A stretch of DNA of 64,000 bases from Rikenellaceae bacterium (GTDB lineage Bacteria > Bacteroidota > Bacteroidia > Bacteroidales > UBA932). The notes below the pieces were generated by a model. That model ran no database searches and was not told the DNA's origin. It saw only the letters and a list, made by a program, of their open reading frames with translations. Made by a program: the position numbers and the translations under genes. This document shows positions 1 to 9,262 of the stretch, piece after piece; within the stretch, counting starts at the first letter, position 1; the number at the start of each line of letters is the position of its first letter. The DNA lies in NCBI GenBank assembly GCA_003513895.1, contig DOSU01000148.1, positions 21,378 through 85,377 of the forward strand. Direction: 5' to 3'.

Positions 1-564
1 CTTGTAAGCAGAATAGCCAGAGGTATAAACATCCCCTTTACCGTAGGCGGAGGGATTTCGTCGGCAGACGATGCTTCGGCCCTGCTTGACTCAGGAGCCG
101 ATAAGGTGTCTATTAATACTTCGGCCCTTGAAAATCCTGCTTTGATTGACAAAATCGCAAAAAAATTCGGATCTCAGTTTGTTGTTGTTGCCGTTGATGC
201 TGTGGAGACAGATGGTGTGTGGCATGTCATGAAAAAGGGAGGTAGATTTGCTGCAAACAGAGAGCTGTTCGAGTGGTCAAAAGAGGCCTGCAGGAGAGGA
301 GCGGGAGAGATACTCTTTACATCTGTGGGTCATGACGGAACCCGTAGAGGATTTGCCTGCAATACCCTCTCTATGCTGAGCACAATGCTTCCAGTTCCAA
401 TAATTGCTTCCGGCGGAGCAGGCAATATGAATCACTTTGCTCATGTTTTTAATGAGGGGAAGGCAGATGCTGCTCTTGCTGCTTCGGTCTTCCACAGCGG
501 AGAAATCCCAATCCCAAAGCTTAAGAGGTGGTTGATTGAGCAAGGGGTTAATGTTAGAGTGTGA
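1..564 (+). CDS. hisF: Imidazole glycerol phosphate synthase cyclase subunit, 5'-truncated by the window edge
   Basis: Frame 1 is open from base 1 (LVSRIARGINIPFTVGGGI...); motifs GADKVSINTSA, GAGEILFTS..DGT, PIIASGGAG, ADAALAASVFH; followed by hisIE. Confidence 0.95.
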   Translation, partial: LVSRIARGINIPFTVGGGISSADDASALLDSGADKVSINTSALENPALIDKIAKKFGSQFVVVAVDAVETDGVWHVMKKGGRFAANRELFEWSKEACRRGAGEILFTSVGHDGTRRGFACNTLSMLSTMLPVPIIASGGAGNMNHFAHVFNEGKADAALAASVFHSGEIPIPKLKRWLIEQGVNVRV

Positions 565-587
565 TAAAACGATAAAAATTATCGATT

Positions 588-1190
588 ATGAATATAGATA
601 AAGAGTTAATATTTAAAAATGCTTCGGACTTGGTTCCTGCAGTTATTCAAGACGACAATACATTTAAGGTCCTAATGCTTGGTTATATGAACAGGGAGTC
701 ATTTGAAAAGACCGTTGAGGATGGCAGGGTTACATTTTTTAGCAGGTCTCGCCAGAGGTTGTGGACAAAGGGAGAGAGCAGTTCTAATTATCTTTATGTT
801 AGAAGTATTGAGACCGATTGCGACAATGATACGCTCCTGATAAGAGTTGACCCTGCCGGTCCTGTTTGTCACACAGGATCGAATACCTGCTTTAACAATG
901 AGACGACAGAGGGATTTATCGGGAGACTACAGCAGGTAATTAGGGAAAGACACATTCAAATGCCCGCGGGCTCCTATACAACTGAGCTTTTTGAAAAAGG
1001 AGCAGAAAGAATATCCAAGAAAGTGGGTGAAGAGGCAGCTGAGGTTATCATCGAGGCTATTAAGGGAGATAAAAAAAGATTGGTATATGAAGCAGGAGAC
1101 CTCATATACCATCTTCTTGTATTGCTGGAACTTTACGGCCTTTCAATAAGTGATATTGAAAAGGAGTTGTATAGCCGTCACTCTAAGTAA
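588..1190 (+). CDS. hisIE: Bifunctional phosphoribosyl-AMP cyclohydrolase / phosphoribosyl-ATP pyrophosphatase
   Basis: FFSRSRQRLWTKGESS, DCDNDTLL, GPVCHTG, SYTTELF, KKVGEEAAEV, EAGDLIYH. Confidence 0.95.
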   Translation: MNIDKELIFKNASDLVPAVIQDDNTFKVLMLGYMNRESFEKTVEDGRVTFFSRSRQRLWTKGESSSNYLYVRSIETDCDNDTLLIRVDPAGPVCHTGSNTCFNNETTEGFIGRLQQVIRERHIQMPAGSYTTELFEKGAERISKKVGEEAAEVIIEAIKGDKKRLVYEAGDLIYHLLVLLELYGLSISDIEKELYSRHSK

Positions 1191-1193
1191 CTT

Positions 1194-2855
1194 CTAAAAC
1201 AACCCTGTAATGTTACCGTCGTTGTCAATATCTATGTGCATAGATGAAGGCTCTTCAGGCAAGCCCGGCATACGCATGATTTCACCTGTTATTGGAATTA
1301 AGAAACCAGCACCTGAAGCAATCTCAATTTCTCTTACAGTAACAATGAAATCTTTTGGTCTACCGAGCAATTCCGGGTTATCAGACAGAGACTTCTGAGT
1401 CTTTGCCATACAAATTGCAAGGTCGTTAAGTCCGAGTTTTGCAATTTTGACAAGGTTGGCCTTTGCTTTTGCAGTATAGTCAACAGCCTCGGCGCCATAT
1501 ATTTTCTTGGCTATGGTCTCAATCTTCTTCTCAACAGAGTCTGTAAGAGGATAGAGAGGCAAGAAGTTAGGACAGCAATCGGCAGCTGCATGCACAACCA
1601 TATGAGCCAGCTCCTCTGCACCTGCTCCGCCTTTTCCCCAAACATCCACAATAGTAGCAGGAATTCCCTTCTTTTTGCAGAAGTCTATAATAAAGTCGAG
1701 TTCTTCCTGCGAATCGGTGGCGAATTTGTTGATTGCAACTACTGGTGCCAGGCTAAACTGCTTAATGTTTTCGACATGTTTCTCAAGGTTGCCCATGCCT
1801 TTGGCAAGAGCATCAACATCGGAATCCTTAATCTCCTTAAGAGGCTTTCCTCCGTGATATTTAAGGGCTCTAACGGTTGCAACCAGTACTGCTGCATTAG
1901 GAGATAGCTTTGCCGAACGGCATTTAATATCCAGGAATTTTTCTGCACCCAGGTCGAAACCAAATCCGGCTTCGGTTACAGTATAGTCGGTTAGCGACAT
2001 CGCTGTCTGAGTAGCGATTACTGAGTTTGTACCCTGAGCGATATTTGCAAAAGGTCCTCCGTGTATGATTGCCGGTGTTCCTTCAATTGTCTGAACAAGG
2101 TTAGGCTTAATTGCATCCTTGAGCAGAGCAGCCATTGCTCCGTGGGCTTTGAGATCACGGGCATATATCGGCTGTTTGTCGAAGGTGAAGCCTATGAAAA
2201 TGTTGCCCAGCCTGGCCTTTAGGTCATCTCTGTCCTTTGAAAGACACAGAATGGCCATTACCTCCGAGGCTGCTGTGATATCGAATCCGGTCTCACGAGG
2301 AATTCCGTTTCCTGTTCCTCCCAGACCTACAACAATGTCGCGAAGAACACGATCGTTCATGTCCATAACCCTCTTCCATGAAATTGTTCTGGGGTCGAGA
2401 TTCAGGCTGTTGTTCTTGCTCTGAATGTTGTTGTCGATGAGTGCCGAAAGGAGATTATGCGCCTTTTCTATAGCTCCAAAATCTCCCGTGAAATGCATGT
2501 TTATATCTTCCATTGGCAAAACCTGAGAGTAACCTCCGCCTGTAGCTCCGCCCTTGATTCCAAAAACAGGACCAAGAGAGGGTTCTCTTAGTACAACAAT
2601 GGATCTCTCTCCAATTCTGTTCAATGCCTGCGACAGGCCAATTGAAACTGTTGTTTTACCCTCACCGGCAGGTGTTGGCGATATGGCAGAAACTAATATT
2701 AGTTTCCCGAATTTGTTTCTGTCGATGTAAGTCAGAGGAAGTTTTGCTTTGTATTTTCCGTAAAGTTCCAGGTCATCCGGGTCTATACCTATCAACTTAG
2801 CAATCTCACCTATAGGTTTAAGTTTTTTTGTGTGGGCAATCTCCTGGTCGGTCAT
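1194..2855 (-). CDS. fhs: Formate--tetrahydrofolate ligase
   Basis: 553 aa; TPAGEGKTT, LREPSLGPVFGIKGGATGGG, HGGPFANIA, TEAGFGFDLGAEKF, MRMPGLP. Confidence 0.97.
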   Translation of the reverse strand: MTDQEIAHTKKLKPIGEIAKLIGIDPDDLELYGKYKAKLPLTYIDRNKFGKLILVSAISPTPAGEGKTTVSIGLSQALNRIGERSIVVLREPSLGPVFGIKGGATGGGYSQVLPMEDINMHFTGDFGAIEKAHNLLSALIDNNIQSKNNSLNLDPRTISWKRVMDMNDRVLRDIVVGLGGTGNGIPRETGFDITAASEVMAILCLSKDRDDLKARLGNIFIGFTFDKQPIYARDLKAHGAMAALLKDAIKPNLVQTIEGTPAIIHGGPFANIAQGTNSVIATQTAMSLTDYTVTEAGFGFDLGAEKFLDIKCRSAKLSPNAAVLVATVRALKYHGGKPLKEIKDSDVDALAKGMGNLEKHVENIKQFSLAPVVAINKFATDSQEELDFIIDFCKKKGIPATIVDVWGKGGAGAEELAHMVVHAAADCCPNFLPLYPLTDSVEKKIETIAKKIYGAEAVDYTAKAKANLVKIAKLGLNDLAICMAKTQKSLSDNPELLGRPKDFIVTVREIEIASGAGFLIPITGEIMRMPGLPEEPSSMHIDIDNDGNITGLF

Positions 2856-2893
2856 AATCTTAATAATTTGTGTTAGTATATATCTTTAGTAAA

Positions 2894-2901
2894 CAAATAT
2901 A
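2894..2901 (-). promoter_or_regulatory. Bacteroidota -7 promoter element (TATATTTG) for fhs
   Basis: caaatata on + reads TATATTTG on -, matching TAnnTTTG, about 40 nt before the fhs start. Confidence 0.5.
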
Positions 2902-2971
2902 GCCTATTAAAGTTTTTTATCCAACCATAAAATTTATACCTTCGTAAACACAAAACAAACTAAATTTAAAA

Positions 2972-3289
2972 ATGGCAAAACTTGAGATTGAGGGGAAACT
3001 CTTTGAGGTAGATGGTGACGGATTTCTTACTGAACCCTCTTTATGGAATGATGATACAGCAATTCTCTTTGCAAAATCGGACGGAATTGAGGAGATGACG
3101 GACAAACATTGGGCAATTATCCGGATAATTAGAGGCAATTTCGAAGAGAAAGGGAATGCTCCCATGATCCGGACTATCTGCCAGGAAACCGGATTAAAGC
3201 TCAGGGAAATATACGAACTCTTTCCGTTAGGTCCTGCCAGAGGAGCTTGCAGGGTTGCAGGTTTGCCAAAACCGGACGGTTGCGTCTAA
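2972..3289 (+). CDS. dsrC: DsrC/TusE/DsvC-family sulfur carrier with both C-terminal cysteines (C-X10-C)
   Basis: 105 aa; EVDGDGFL..W, MTDKHWAII, IYELFPLGPARGACRVAGLPKPDGCV. Family is clear; DsrC versus TusE-like function is unproven. Confidence 0.85.
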   Translation: MAKLEIEGKLFEVDGDGFLTEPSLWNDDTAILFAKSDGIEEMTDKHWAIIRIIRGNFEEKGNAPMIRTICQETGLKLREIYELFPLGPARGACRVAGLPKPDGCV

Positions 3290-3301
3290 TTCCATTATCT
3301 T

Positions 3302-3925
3302 ATGTGCTGGTATCACTGGATTGCAATAATTTCTCTCACGTTATCTTTTTCACTTCTCACATTTCAGTTTGTGAGACTTTTGTTTCTTGGCAGGCCCAAT
3401 GAACTTTCCGCTCCTTCAGGAAATGTCTCTAAAGGGGTGATCTACTCTTTTACAAAAGCAATGTCGCCATCTCAAAAGGAGTCTGCTTATATGCACTTGC
3501 CTACTTATGCGGCAGGTATAATTTACCATATCGGAACTTTTTTGTCGCTGGGGATATTTCTGGTCTTTATTTCGGGAATTACGGAGTGGTATGAAGGAAT
3601 AAAATATTTTTTGTCGGCTTTGCTTTTTGTTTCAGTTGCCGCAGGTTTTGCTGTTTTAATTAAAAGAGTTTTAAATTCCGAACTTAAATCGCTCTCGGGT
3701 CCGGATGATTACATATCAAATTTACTAACCACTTTTGCACAGCTATTTTCTGCTTTTTTTCTGTTGTTTCCCGGATTGGAACCATTCTATTATTTAACTA
3801 TGTCTCTTTTCTTAGTTTGGCTGCCGCTGGGTAAAACAAGGCACCTTCTTTACTTCTTTTTTGCCAGATATCATCTTGGGTTTTTTTACGGATGGAGGGG
3901 AACCTGGCCTCAAAAAACAGAATAA
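3302..3925 (+). CDS. NarI/DsrM/HmcE-like membrane protein (putative cytochrome b)
   Basis: About 5 hydrophobic segments; IYHIG (cf. NarI FHIG), KR...LKSLSGPDDY, WLPLGKTRH (cf. FPFSKLxH); lies between dsrC and the Fe-S CCG gene. Confidence 0.7.
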   Translation: MCWYHWIAIISLTLSFSLLTFQFVRLLFLGRPNELSAPSGNVSKGVIYSFTKAMSPSQKESAYMHLPTYAAGIIYHIGTFLSLGIFLVFISGITEWYEGIKYFLSALLFVSVAAGFAVLIKRVLNSELKSLSGPDDYISNLLTTFAQLFSAFFLLFPGLEPFYYLTMSLFLVWLPLGKTRHLLYFFFARYHLGFFYGWRGTWPQKTE

Positions 3926-3926
3926 C

Positions 3927-5225
3927 ATGCAAAACGTAGATAAAAACAGACGGGATAGGGCTCTTGAGATATTAAGAAACAGTTCAGACAGCAAACTGCT
4001 TACAAATCTTAATGCATGTGTGAGATGCGGGCTTTGCGCGGGCAGCTGTATGTTCTATCTTACACAAAAGGAAGCCAGATTCATACCTGCAAGAAAGGTA
4101 GATCTGGTAAGTTCTGTTTACCGCAAATATTGTACAACAATGGGTAAAATTGCCCCTTCTCTTGTAAATGCCAAAGATCTTGACGACAACATGGCACAGG
4201 AGATGATAGATTTGCTCTTTGGAGCATGTACAATGTGCGGAAGATGTGTAAAACATTGCTCGATTGGCGTAGATATAGCTTATGTTGTTAGAAAAGGCCG
4301 GGAAATGCTTTCGGCAATGGACATGGTGCCGGCAACGCTTCAGGCAACTGTAGATTCTGCCCTCAAGACCGGAAATAACATGGGAATTCCTACTGAGGAG
4401 TTTGTAGATACTATCAAGTGGATGGAAGAGGAACTCATAGACGAAATGGGAAACGAAAACGCCCGCATACCTCTCGATGAAACCGATAAAAATGTTTTCT
4501 ACACGTTAAATCCCAGAGAACCTAAGTTTTTCCCTCTTTCAATTTCTGCAATGGCAAAAATATTTTATGCTGCAGGAGAGAGCTGGACCCTCTCTTCAAA
4601 GTTCTACGATGTGACAAATTACGGCTTTTTCAACGGAAACAAGGAAGAAGCAACAATAATTGCAAGAAATCTATACGACGAAATTCACAAACTCAAAAGT
4701 AAAATACTTGTGCTGGGTGAATGCGGGCACGGATCCAGAGCAACAAGATGGGATGGCCCAAATTATCTGAATAAACAATTTGATTTTGAGACTGTAACAG
4801 CCGTTGAGTTAATGTTAAGGTACATTAAGGATAATAAAATCCGGCTGGACAAAAGCCTTAATAAAGAGCTGGTTACGATCCATGATCCTTGCAATCTTGT
4901 AAGAAACGGAGGTTTAAAAGAACAGATAAGATTTGTAGTTCAAAGCGCTGCGCAAAATTTTACCGAGATGAATCCTCACGGAAACGAAAATTTTTGTTGC
5001 GGGGGAGGCGGAGGAATGCTTGCAATGAGTGAATATAACGATAGACGAATCAAAGTTGGCGAAATTAAAGCAAACCAGATTAGAGAAACGGGAGCAAAAG
5101 TTGTTGTTACTCCATGCCATAATTGTGTAGATCAGCTCTCACAGCTAAACCATACATACAAACTGGGAGTAAAAATCAAAACAATCGCAGAGTTGATTGC
5201 AGACGCAATTATAATTGACAAATAA
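3927..5225 (+). CDS. HdrD/DsrK/HmcF-like Fe-S oxidoreductase (two [4Fe-4S] motifs plus CCG domain)
   Basis: CVRCGLCAGSC, CTMCGRCVKHC, ECGHG, HDPCN, CCGGGGG, PCHNC. Start set at ATG 3927, just after the upstream stop (track starts at 3861). Confidence 0.85.
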   Translation: MQNVDKNRRDRALEILRNSSDSKLLTNLNACVRCGLCAGSCMFYLTQKEARFIPARKVDLVSSVYRKYCTTMGKIAPSLVNAKDLDDNMAQEMIDLLFGACTMCGRCVKHCSIGVDIAYVVRKGREMLSAMDMVPATLQATVDSALKTGNNMGIPTEEFVDTIKWMEEELIDEMGNENARIPLDETDKNVFYTLNPREPKFFPLSISAMAKIFYAAGESWTLSSKFYDVTNYGFFNGNKEEATIIARNLYDEIHKLKSKILVLGECGHGSRATRWDGPNYLNKQFDFETVTAVELMLRYIKDNKIRLDKSLNKELVTIHDPCNLVRNGGLKEQIRFVVQSAAQNFTEMNPHGNENFCCGGGGGMLAMSEYNDRRIKVGEIKANQIRETGAKVVVTPCHNCVDQLSQLNHTYKLGVKIKTIAELIADAIIIDK

Positions 5226-5251
5226 TTAATTTTAACTATAAATCTCTAATC

Positions 5252-6415
5252 ATGAGCAAGCTTATCTATCTCGACAACTCGGCAACAAGTTTTCCCAAAC
5301 CAGACGAAGTTTATGACTTCATGAACACTTTTTACCGAACAAAAGGAGTTAGTCCGGGACGTTCCGGATTTGACGCAGCCATTGAAACGGAAGAGGTTGT
5401 AAATAATACAAGAAAGATTCTTACCAGGCTTTTCAATGGTGGTAGCGACCACAACAGACTCACATTCAGCTATAACGCAACCGATTCCCTCAATCTAATA
5501 ATTAACGGACTGGTAGAAAAAGGGGATCATGTTGTTACAACGCTACTTGAGCACAACTCTGTTTTAAGACCGCTGTATACACATCAACAACAGGGTACAA
5601 TTGAAGTAACATATGTTCCTTTTGACAATAATGGATATGTAAATCCGGATGATATTAAAAAAGCAATCCGCCCACAAACAAAGTTTGTAATTGTAACGCA
5701 CTGTTCAAATGTTCTTGGAACAATACAACCTTTGTCGGAGATTGGAAAGATTTGCAGGGATAAAGGAGTGCTGTTTGTTGTAGACGGAAGCCAGGGAGCC
5801 GGTTCGGTAGATTTTGACATGCAGGCTTGCAATGTTGATGTTTACTGTTTTACCGGTCATAAATGCCTTTTGGGACCAACCGGTATAGGTGGTTCTTATG
5901 TGCGTGAAGGAGTTGATATTAAGCTTACCAGGGCAGGAGGAACAGGTGTGCGCTCGGCACAAAGAAGCCATTTGGACGAATATCCATATCGTCTTGAGTA
6001 CGGAACTCTCAATTTGCTAGGAGTAGGAGGCCTTTATGCAGGAGTTAAATGGGTTACTAATCAGGGAGTAATGAATATTCACAACCGTGAAATAGCCCTG
6101 TGGGATAAATTGAGACTTGCTGTACAAAACATAGATGGTGTAACAACATACTGTGCGAACAGTCGTGAAAATAAAAATCCGGTACTTTCTTTCAATATCA
6201 GGGGTTTTGAAGCAGGGGATGTAGGAATGATGCTTGATGTAGACTATAATATTGCTGTTCGCACGGGTCTTCAGTGTGCTCCGCTGGTGCACGAACATAT
6301 TGGAACTTACAATACGCATGGAACTGTAAGACTGAGCGTTGGTGCATTTACAACAGAAGTTGAAATTGATACGGCAATCGAAGCGATAAAAGAGATAGCA
6401 GCCATAAAAAACTAA
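5252..6415 (+). CDS. PLP-dependent cysteine desulfurase (aminotransferase class V, group II-like)
   Basis: IYLDNSATSFPKP, EHNSVLRP, TGHKCLLGPTGIG (PLP Lys), RTGLQCAP (catalytic Cys), GTVRLS. Confidence 0.88.
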   Translation: MSKLIYLDNSATSFPKPDEVYDFMNTFYRTKGVSPGRSGFDAAIETEEVVNNTRKILTRLFNGGSDHNRLTFSYNATDSLNLIINGLVEKGDHVVTTLLEHNSVLRPLYTHQQQGTIEVTYVPFDNNGYVNPDDIKKAIRPQTKFVIVTHCSNVLGTIQPLSEIGKICRDKGVLFVVDGSQGAGSVDFDMQACNVDVYCFTGHKCLLGPTGIGGSYVREGVDIKLTRAGGTGVRSAQRSHLDEYPYRLEYGTLNLLGVGGLYAGVKWVTNQGVMNIHNREIALWDKLRLAVQNIDGVTTYCANSRENKNPVLSFNIRGFEAGDVGMMLDVDYNIAVRTGLQCAPLVHEHIGTYNTHGTVRLSVGAFTTEVEIDTAIEAIKEIAAIKN

Positions 6416-6614
6416 CCTTATAACTTCTTTTGCTCCAGCAACTACAAAAATAACAGTAAATAAAACACTATCGTTTCTTGATGTAACAAAATAGTTACTT
6501 AATTTGCACCGTGATTAATTTAACAGGATACTAAATTTTAATTCATGTCGCAATTTTGTTTATAATTTCTGCTATATTTACATATAAATATAATTCTTTC
6601 AGATTTTGCTTAGT

Positions 6615-6989
6615 ATGGACACAGAACAAAAAATCAAGATTTTATATGCCGAAGACAATGACAGCAATTATATTCTTGCAAAGGCAATGTTAAAAGGCGT
6701 TTATGATATGTATAGGGCAGAAAACGGAGCCGAAGCTCTTGATCTTTACGAAGAGATAAAACCGGATGTAATATTAATGGATATGAAAATGCCGGTGATG
6801 GACGGACTTGAGGCAACAAAAAGGCTTCGTGAGAATGGCGTTACTGTTCCTATTATAGCACTTACAGCATTTGCGTATGACAATGACAGGAACGTGGCAT
6901 TGGCTGCCGGTTGTACCGATTATATAACAAAACCATACAGGGCAGAACTTCTAAGAAAGACAATTGCCACTCTTCTTAACTCCGAATAA
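6615..6989 (+). CDS. Stand-alone response-regulator receiver (CheY-like)
   Basis: ILYAEDN, DVILMDMKMPVMDG, PIIALTA, DYITKP; no output domain; ATG at 6615. Confidence 0.9.
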   Translation: MDTEQKIKILYAEDNDSNYILAKAMLKGVYDMYRAENGAEALDLYEEIKPDVILMDMKMPVMDGLEATKRLRENGVTVPIIALTAFAYDNDRNVALAAGCTDYITKPYRAELLRKTIATLLNSE

Positions 6990-7001
6990 CATTAATTGAG
7001 T

Positions 7002-8321
7002 ATGAATATTGCAATAGTTGGAACAGGATATGTTGGACTGGTTACCGGTGCCTGTTTTTCGGAAATGGGCATAAATGTTGTTTGCATCGATATAGACAAA
7101 AAGAAAATTGACATGCTCAACGAGGGAGTAATGCCTATCTATGAGCCGGGAATCCAGGAACTTGTTGCAAAAAACGTAAAAGAGGGAAGGCTCTCTTTTT
7201 CGACAAATTTAAAGGAAAATATTGATAAGGTTTCTATTGTGTTTAGTGCAGTGGGAACTCCTCCGGATGACGATGGAAGTGCTGATCTTAAATACGTTCT
7301 TGATGTCGCAAGAACAGTAGGTCAAAACATGAAAGACTACGTTCTTCTGGTCACAAAAAGTACAGTTCCTGTTGGAACTGCCCCAAAAGTGAGAGATGTT
7401 ATTCAGCACGAACTGGACAAAAGGGGGGTTAATATTGAATTTGACGTTGCATCCAATCCTGAATTTCTTAAGGAAGGGGCTGCCATTAAAGATTTTATGT
7501 CTCCGGACAGAGTTGTCGTAGGGGTAGAAAGCGAAAGAGCTGCTCTTCTTATGGAGCGGTTGTACAAGCCGTTTGTTTTAAACGGATTTCCAATTATTTT
7601 TATGGATATTGCCTCTGCCGAGATGTCAAAATATGCTGCAAACGCAATGTTGGCAACAAGGATCAGCTTTATGAATGAAATTGCCAGGCTTTGCGAAGTT
7701 ACAGGAGCTAATGTAGAGATGGTTAGAAAGGGAATAGGCTCCGACAAGAGAATTGGCACGAGTTTCCTGTATTCCGGAGCCGGATACGGCGGCTCTTGTT
7801 TTCCTAAAGATGTTAAAGCACTTGTAAATATAGGGAAAAGCCACGGAGTACCTATGAAAATTGTTGAGGCAGTAGAATCTGTTAATGAGGAGCAAAAAGA
7901 GATAGTAGTCAAAAAACTTATGGTTGCATTTAACGGGAATTTGTCTGGTAAAACAATTGCAATATGGGGGCTCTCTTTTAAACCCGATACCGATGATATG
8001 AGAGAAGCGCCTTCTCTCGTTGTAATTGATAAACTGATAAATGCAGGTGCAACAGTAAAGGCATTCGATCCTGTTTCAATTAATGAAGCAAAAAGAAGAA
8101 TCGGAGACAAAGTAACATACTGCAGCAGTATATATGATGCAGCGAAAGATGCCGATGCCATTGCCCTCATAACTGAGTGGAAGCAATTCCGTATGCCGTC
8201 ATGGAATAAAATAAGGCAACTCATGAAGGACAACGTGATTATTGACGGGAGAAACATATACGACCATTCGGAAATGGAGTCAGAAGGTTTCAGGCACTAC
8301 TCAATAGGGAAAAAATCCTGA
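7002..8321 (+). CDS. ugd: UDP-glucose 6-dehydrogenase
   Basis: [50 protein letters not shown]. Confidence 0.95.
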   Translation: MNIAIVGTGYVGLVTGACFSEMGINVVCIDIDKKKIDMLNEGVMPIYEPGIQELVAKNVKEGRLSFSTNLKENIDKVSIVFSAVGTPPDDDGSADLKYVLDVARTVGQNMKDYVLLVTKSTVPVGTAPKVRDVIQHELDKRGVNIEFDVASNPEFLKEGAAIKDFMSPDRVVVGVESERAALLMERLYKPFVLNGFPIIFMDIASAEMSKYAANAMLATRISFMNEIARLCEVTGANVEMVRKGIGSDKRIGTSFLYSGAGYGGSCFPKDVKALVNIGKSHGVPMKIVEAVESVNEEQKEIVVKKLMVAFNGNLSGKTIAIWGLSFKPDTDDMREAPSLVVIDKLINAGATVKAFDPVSINEAKRRIGDKVTYCSSIYDAAKDADAIALITEWKQFRMPSWNKIRQLMKDNVIIDGRNIYDHSEMESEGFRHYSIGKKS

Positions 8322-8323
8322 CT

Positions 8324-9262
8324 ATGAAAAGAATACTAATAACCGGAGGAGCAGGTTTTATTGGCTCACACTTATGTGACCGTCTTATAAAAGAAGGTAA
8401 TGACGTTGTGTGCCTTGATAACTTTTTTACAGGTTCAAAAGAAAATGTTATTCATTTAATTGGGCATCCTCATTTTGAATTAGTAAGACACGATGTAACT
8501 CAACCCTATTATGCCGAAGTTGATCAAATTTACAATCTCGCGTGTCCGGCTTCTCCTGTGCACTATCAGTATAATCCTATAAAAACGGTAAAAACTTCCG
8601 TAATGGGAGCAATCAACATGCTTGGCCTGGCGAAAAGAATAAATGCAAAGATACTTCAGGCGTCTACAAGCGAAATCTACGGCGATCCTTCCGTGCATCC
8701 TCAACCTGAGTCATACTGGGGCAATGTTAATACCATCGGATTGCGTTCTTGCTACGACGAGGGCAAAAGATGTGCAGAAACGCTATTCATGGACTATCAC
8801 AGGCAGAATAGTGTTAAAATAAAAATTATCAGGATTTTTAACACTTATGGTCCAAAAATGCACCCGCATGACGGAAGGGTAGTGTCAAACTTTATAGTTC
8901 AGTCGCTTAAAGGAGAGGATATTACTCTATACGGGGGAGGTTCTCAAACCAGAAGTTTTCAATACATAGATGACCTTGTTGAAGCAATGATACGGGTTAT
9001 GAACAATACCGACGATAATTTCATTGGACCTGTAAATATTGGAAATCCTAATGAGTTCACAATAAAAGAACTGGCAAATAAAATCATTGCTCTTACAGGA
9101 ACAAAATCAAAAATTGTGCACAAAGACCTTCCTTCGGATGATCCTAAACAAAGGCAGCCGGACATTACTTTGGCAAGAAAGATAATTGACTGGGAACCAA
9201 AAATTCAAATAGAAGCAGGATTAATAAAAACCATTGAGTATTTTAGGAACTTGAAGAATTAA
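8324..9262 (+). CDS. uxs: UDP-glucuronate decarboxylase (UDP-xylose synthase)
   Basis: [60 protein letters not shown]. Confidence 0.92.
   Translation: MKRILITGGAGFIGSHLCDRLIKEGNDVVCLDNFFTGSKENVIHLIGHPHFELVRHDVTQPYYAEVDQIYNLACPASPVHYQYNPIKTVKTSVMGAINMLGLAKRINAKILQASTSEIYGDPSVHPQPESYWGNVNTIGLRSCYDEGKRCAETLFMDYHRQNSVKIKIIRIFNTYGPKMHPHDGRVVSNFIVQSLKGEDITLYGGGSQTRSFQYIDDLVEAMIRVMNNTDDNFIGPVNIGNPNEFTIKELANKIIALTGTKSKIVHKDLPSDDPKQRQPDITLARKIIDWEPKIQIEAGLIKTIEYFRNLKN

Noticed and set aside
3861..3926. Track's upstream start for the Fe-S protein (likewise 13167, 42191, 43983, 47656)
   Set aside because: These extensions overlap neighbouring genes or promoter boxes; the downstream ATGs fit signal peptides and operon spacing better.
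2972..5225. Calling the organism a sulfate reducer
   Set aside because: No dsrAB, aprAB, sat or dsrJOP in the window; DsrC and DsrMK-like genes alone are not enough.
2972..6415. Selenocysteine recoding in the DsrC operon
   Set aside because: All four ORFs are uninterrupted and end in TAA; the key residues are ordinary Cys codons.
7403..8257. 284-aa antisense ORF, and other short ORFs overlapping real genes
   Set aside because: Shadow frames of well-supported genes (here ugd); no recognisable motifs.
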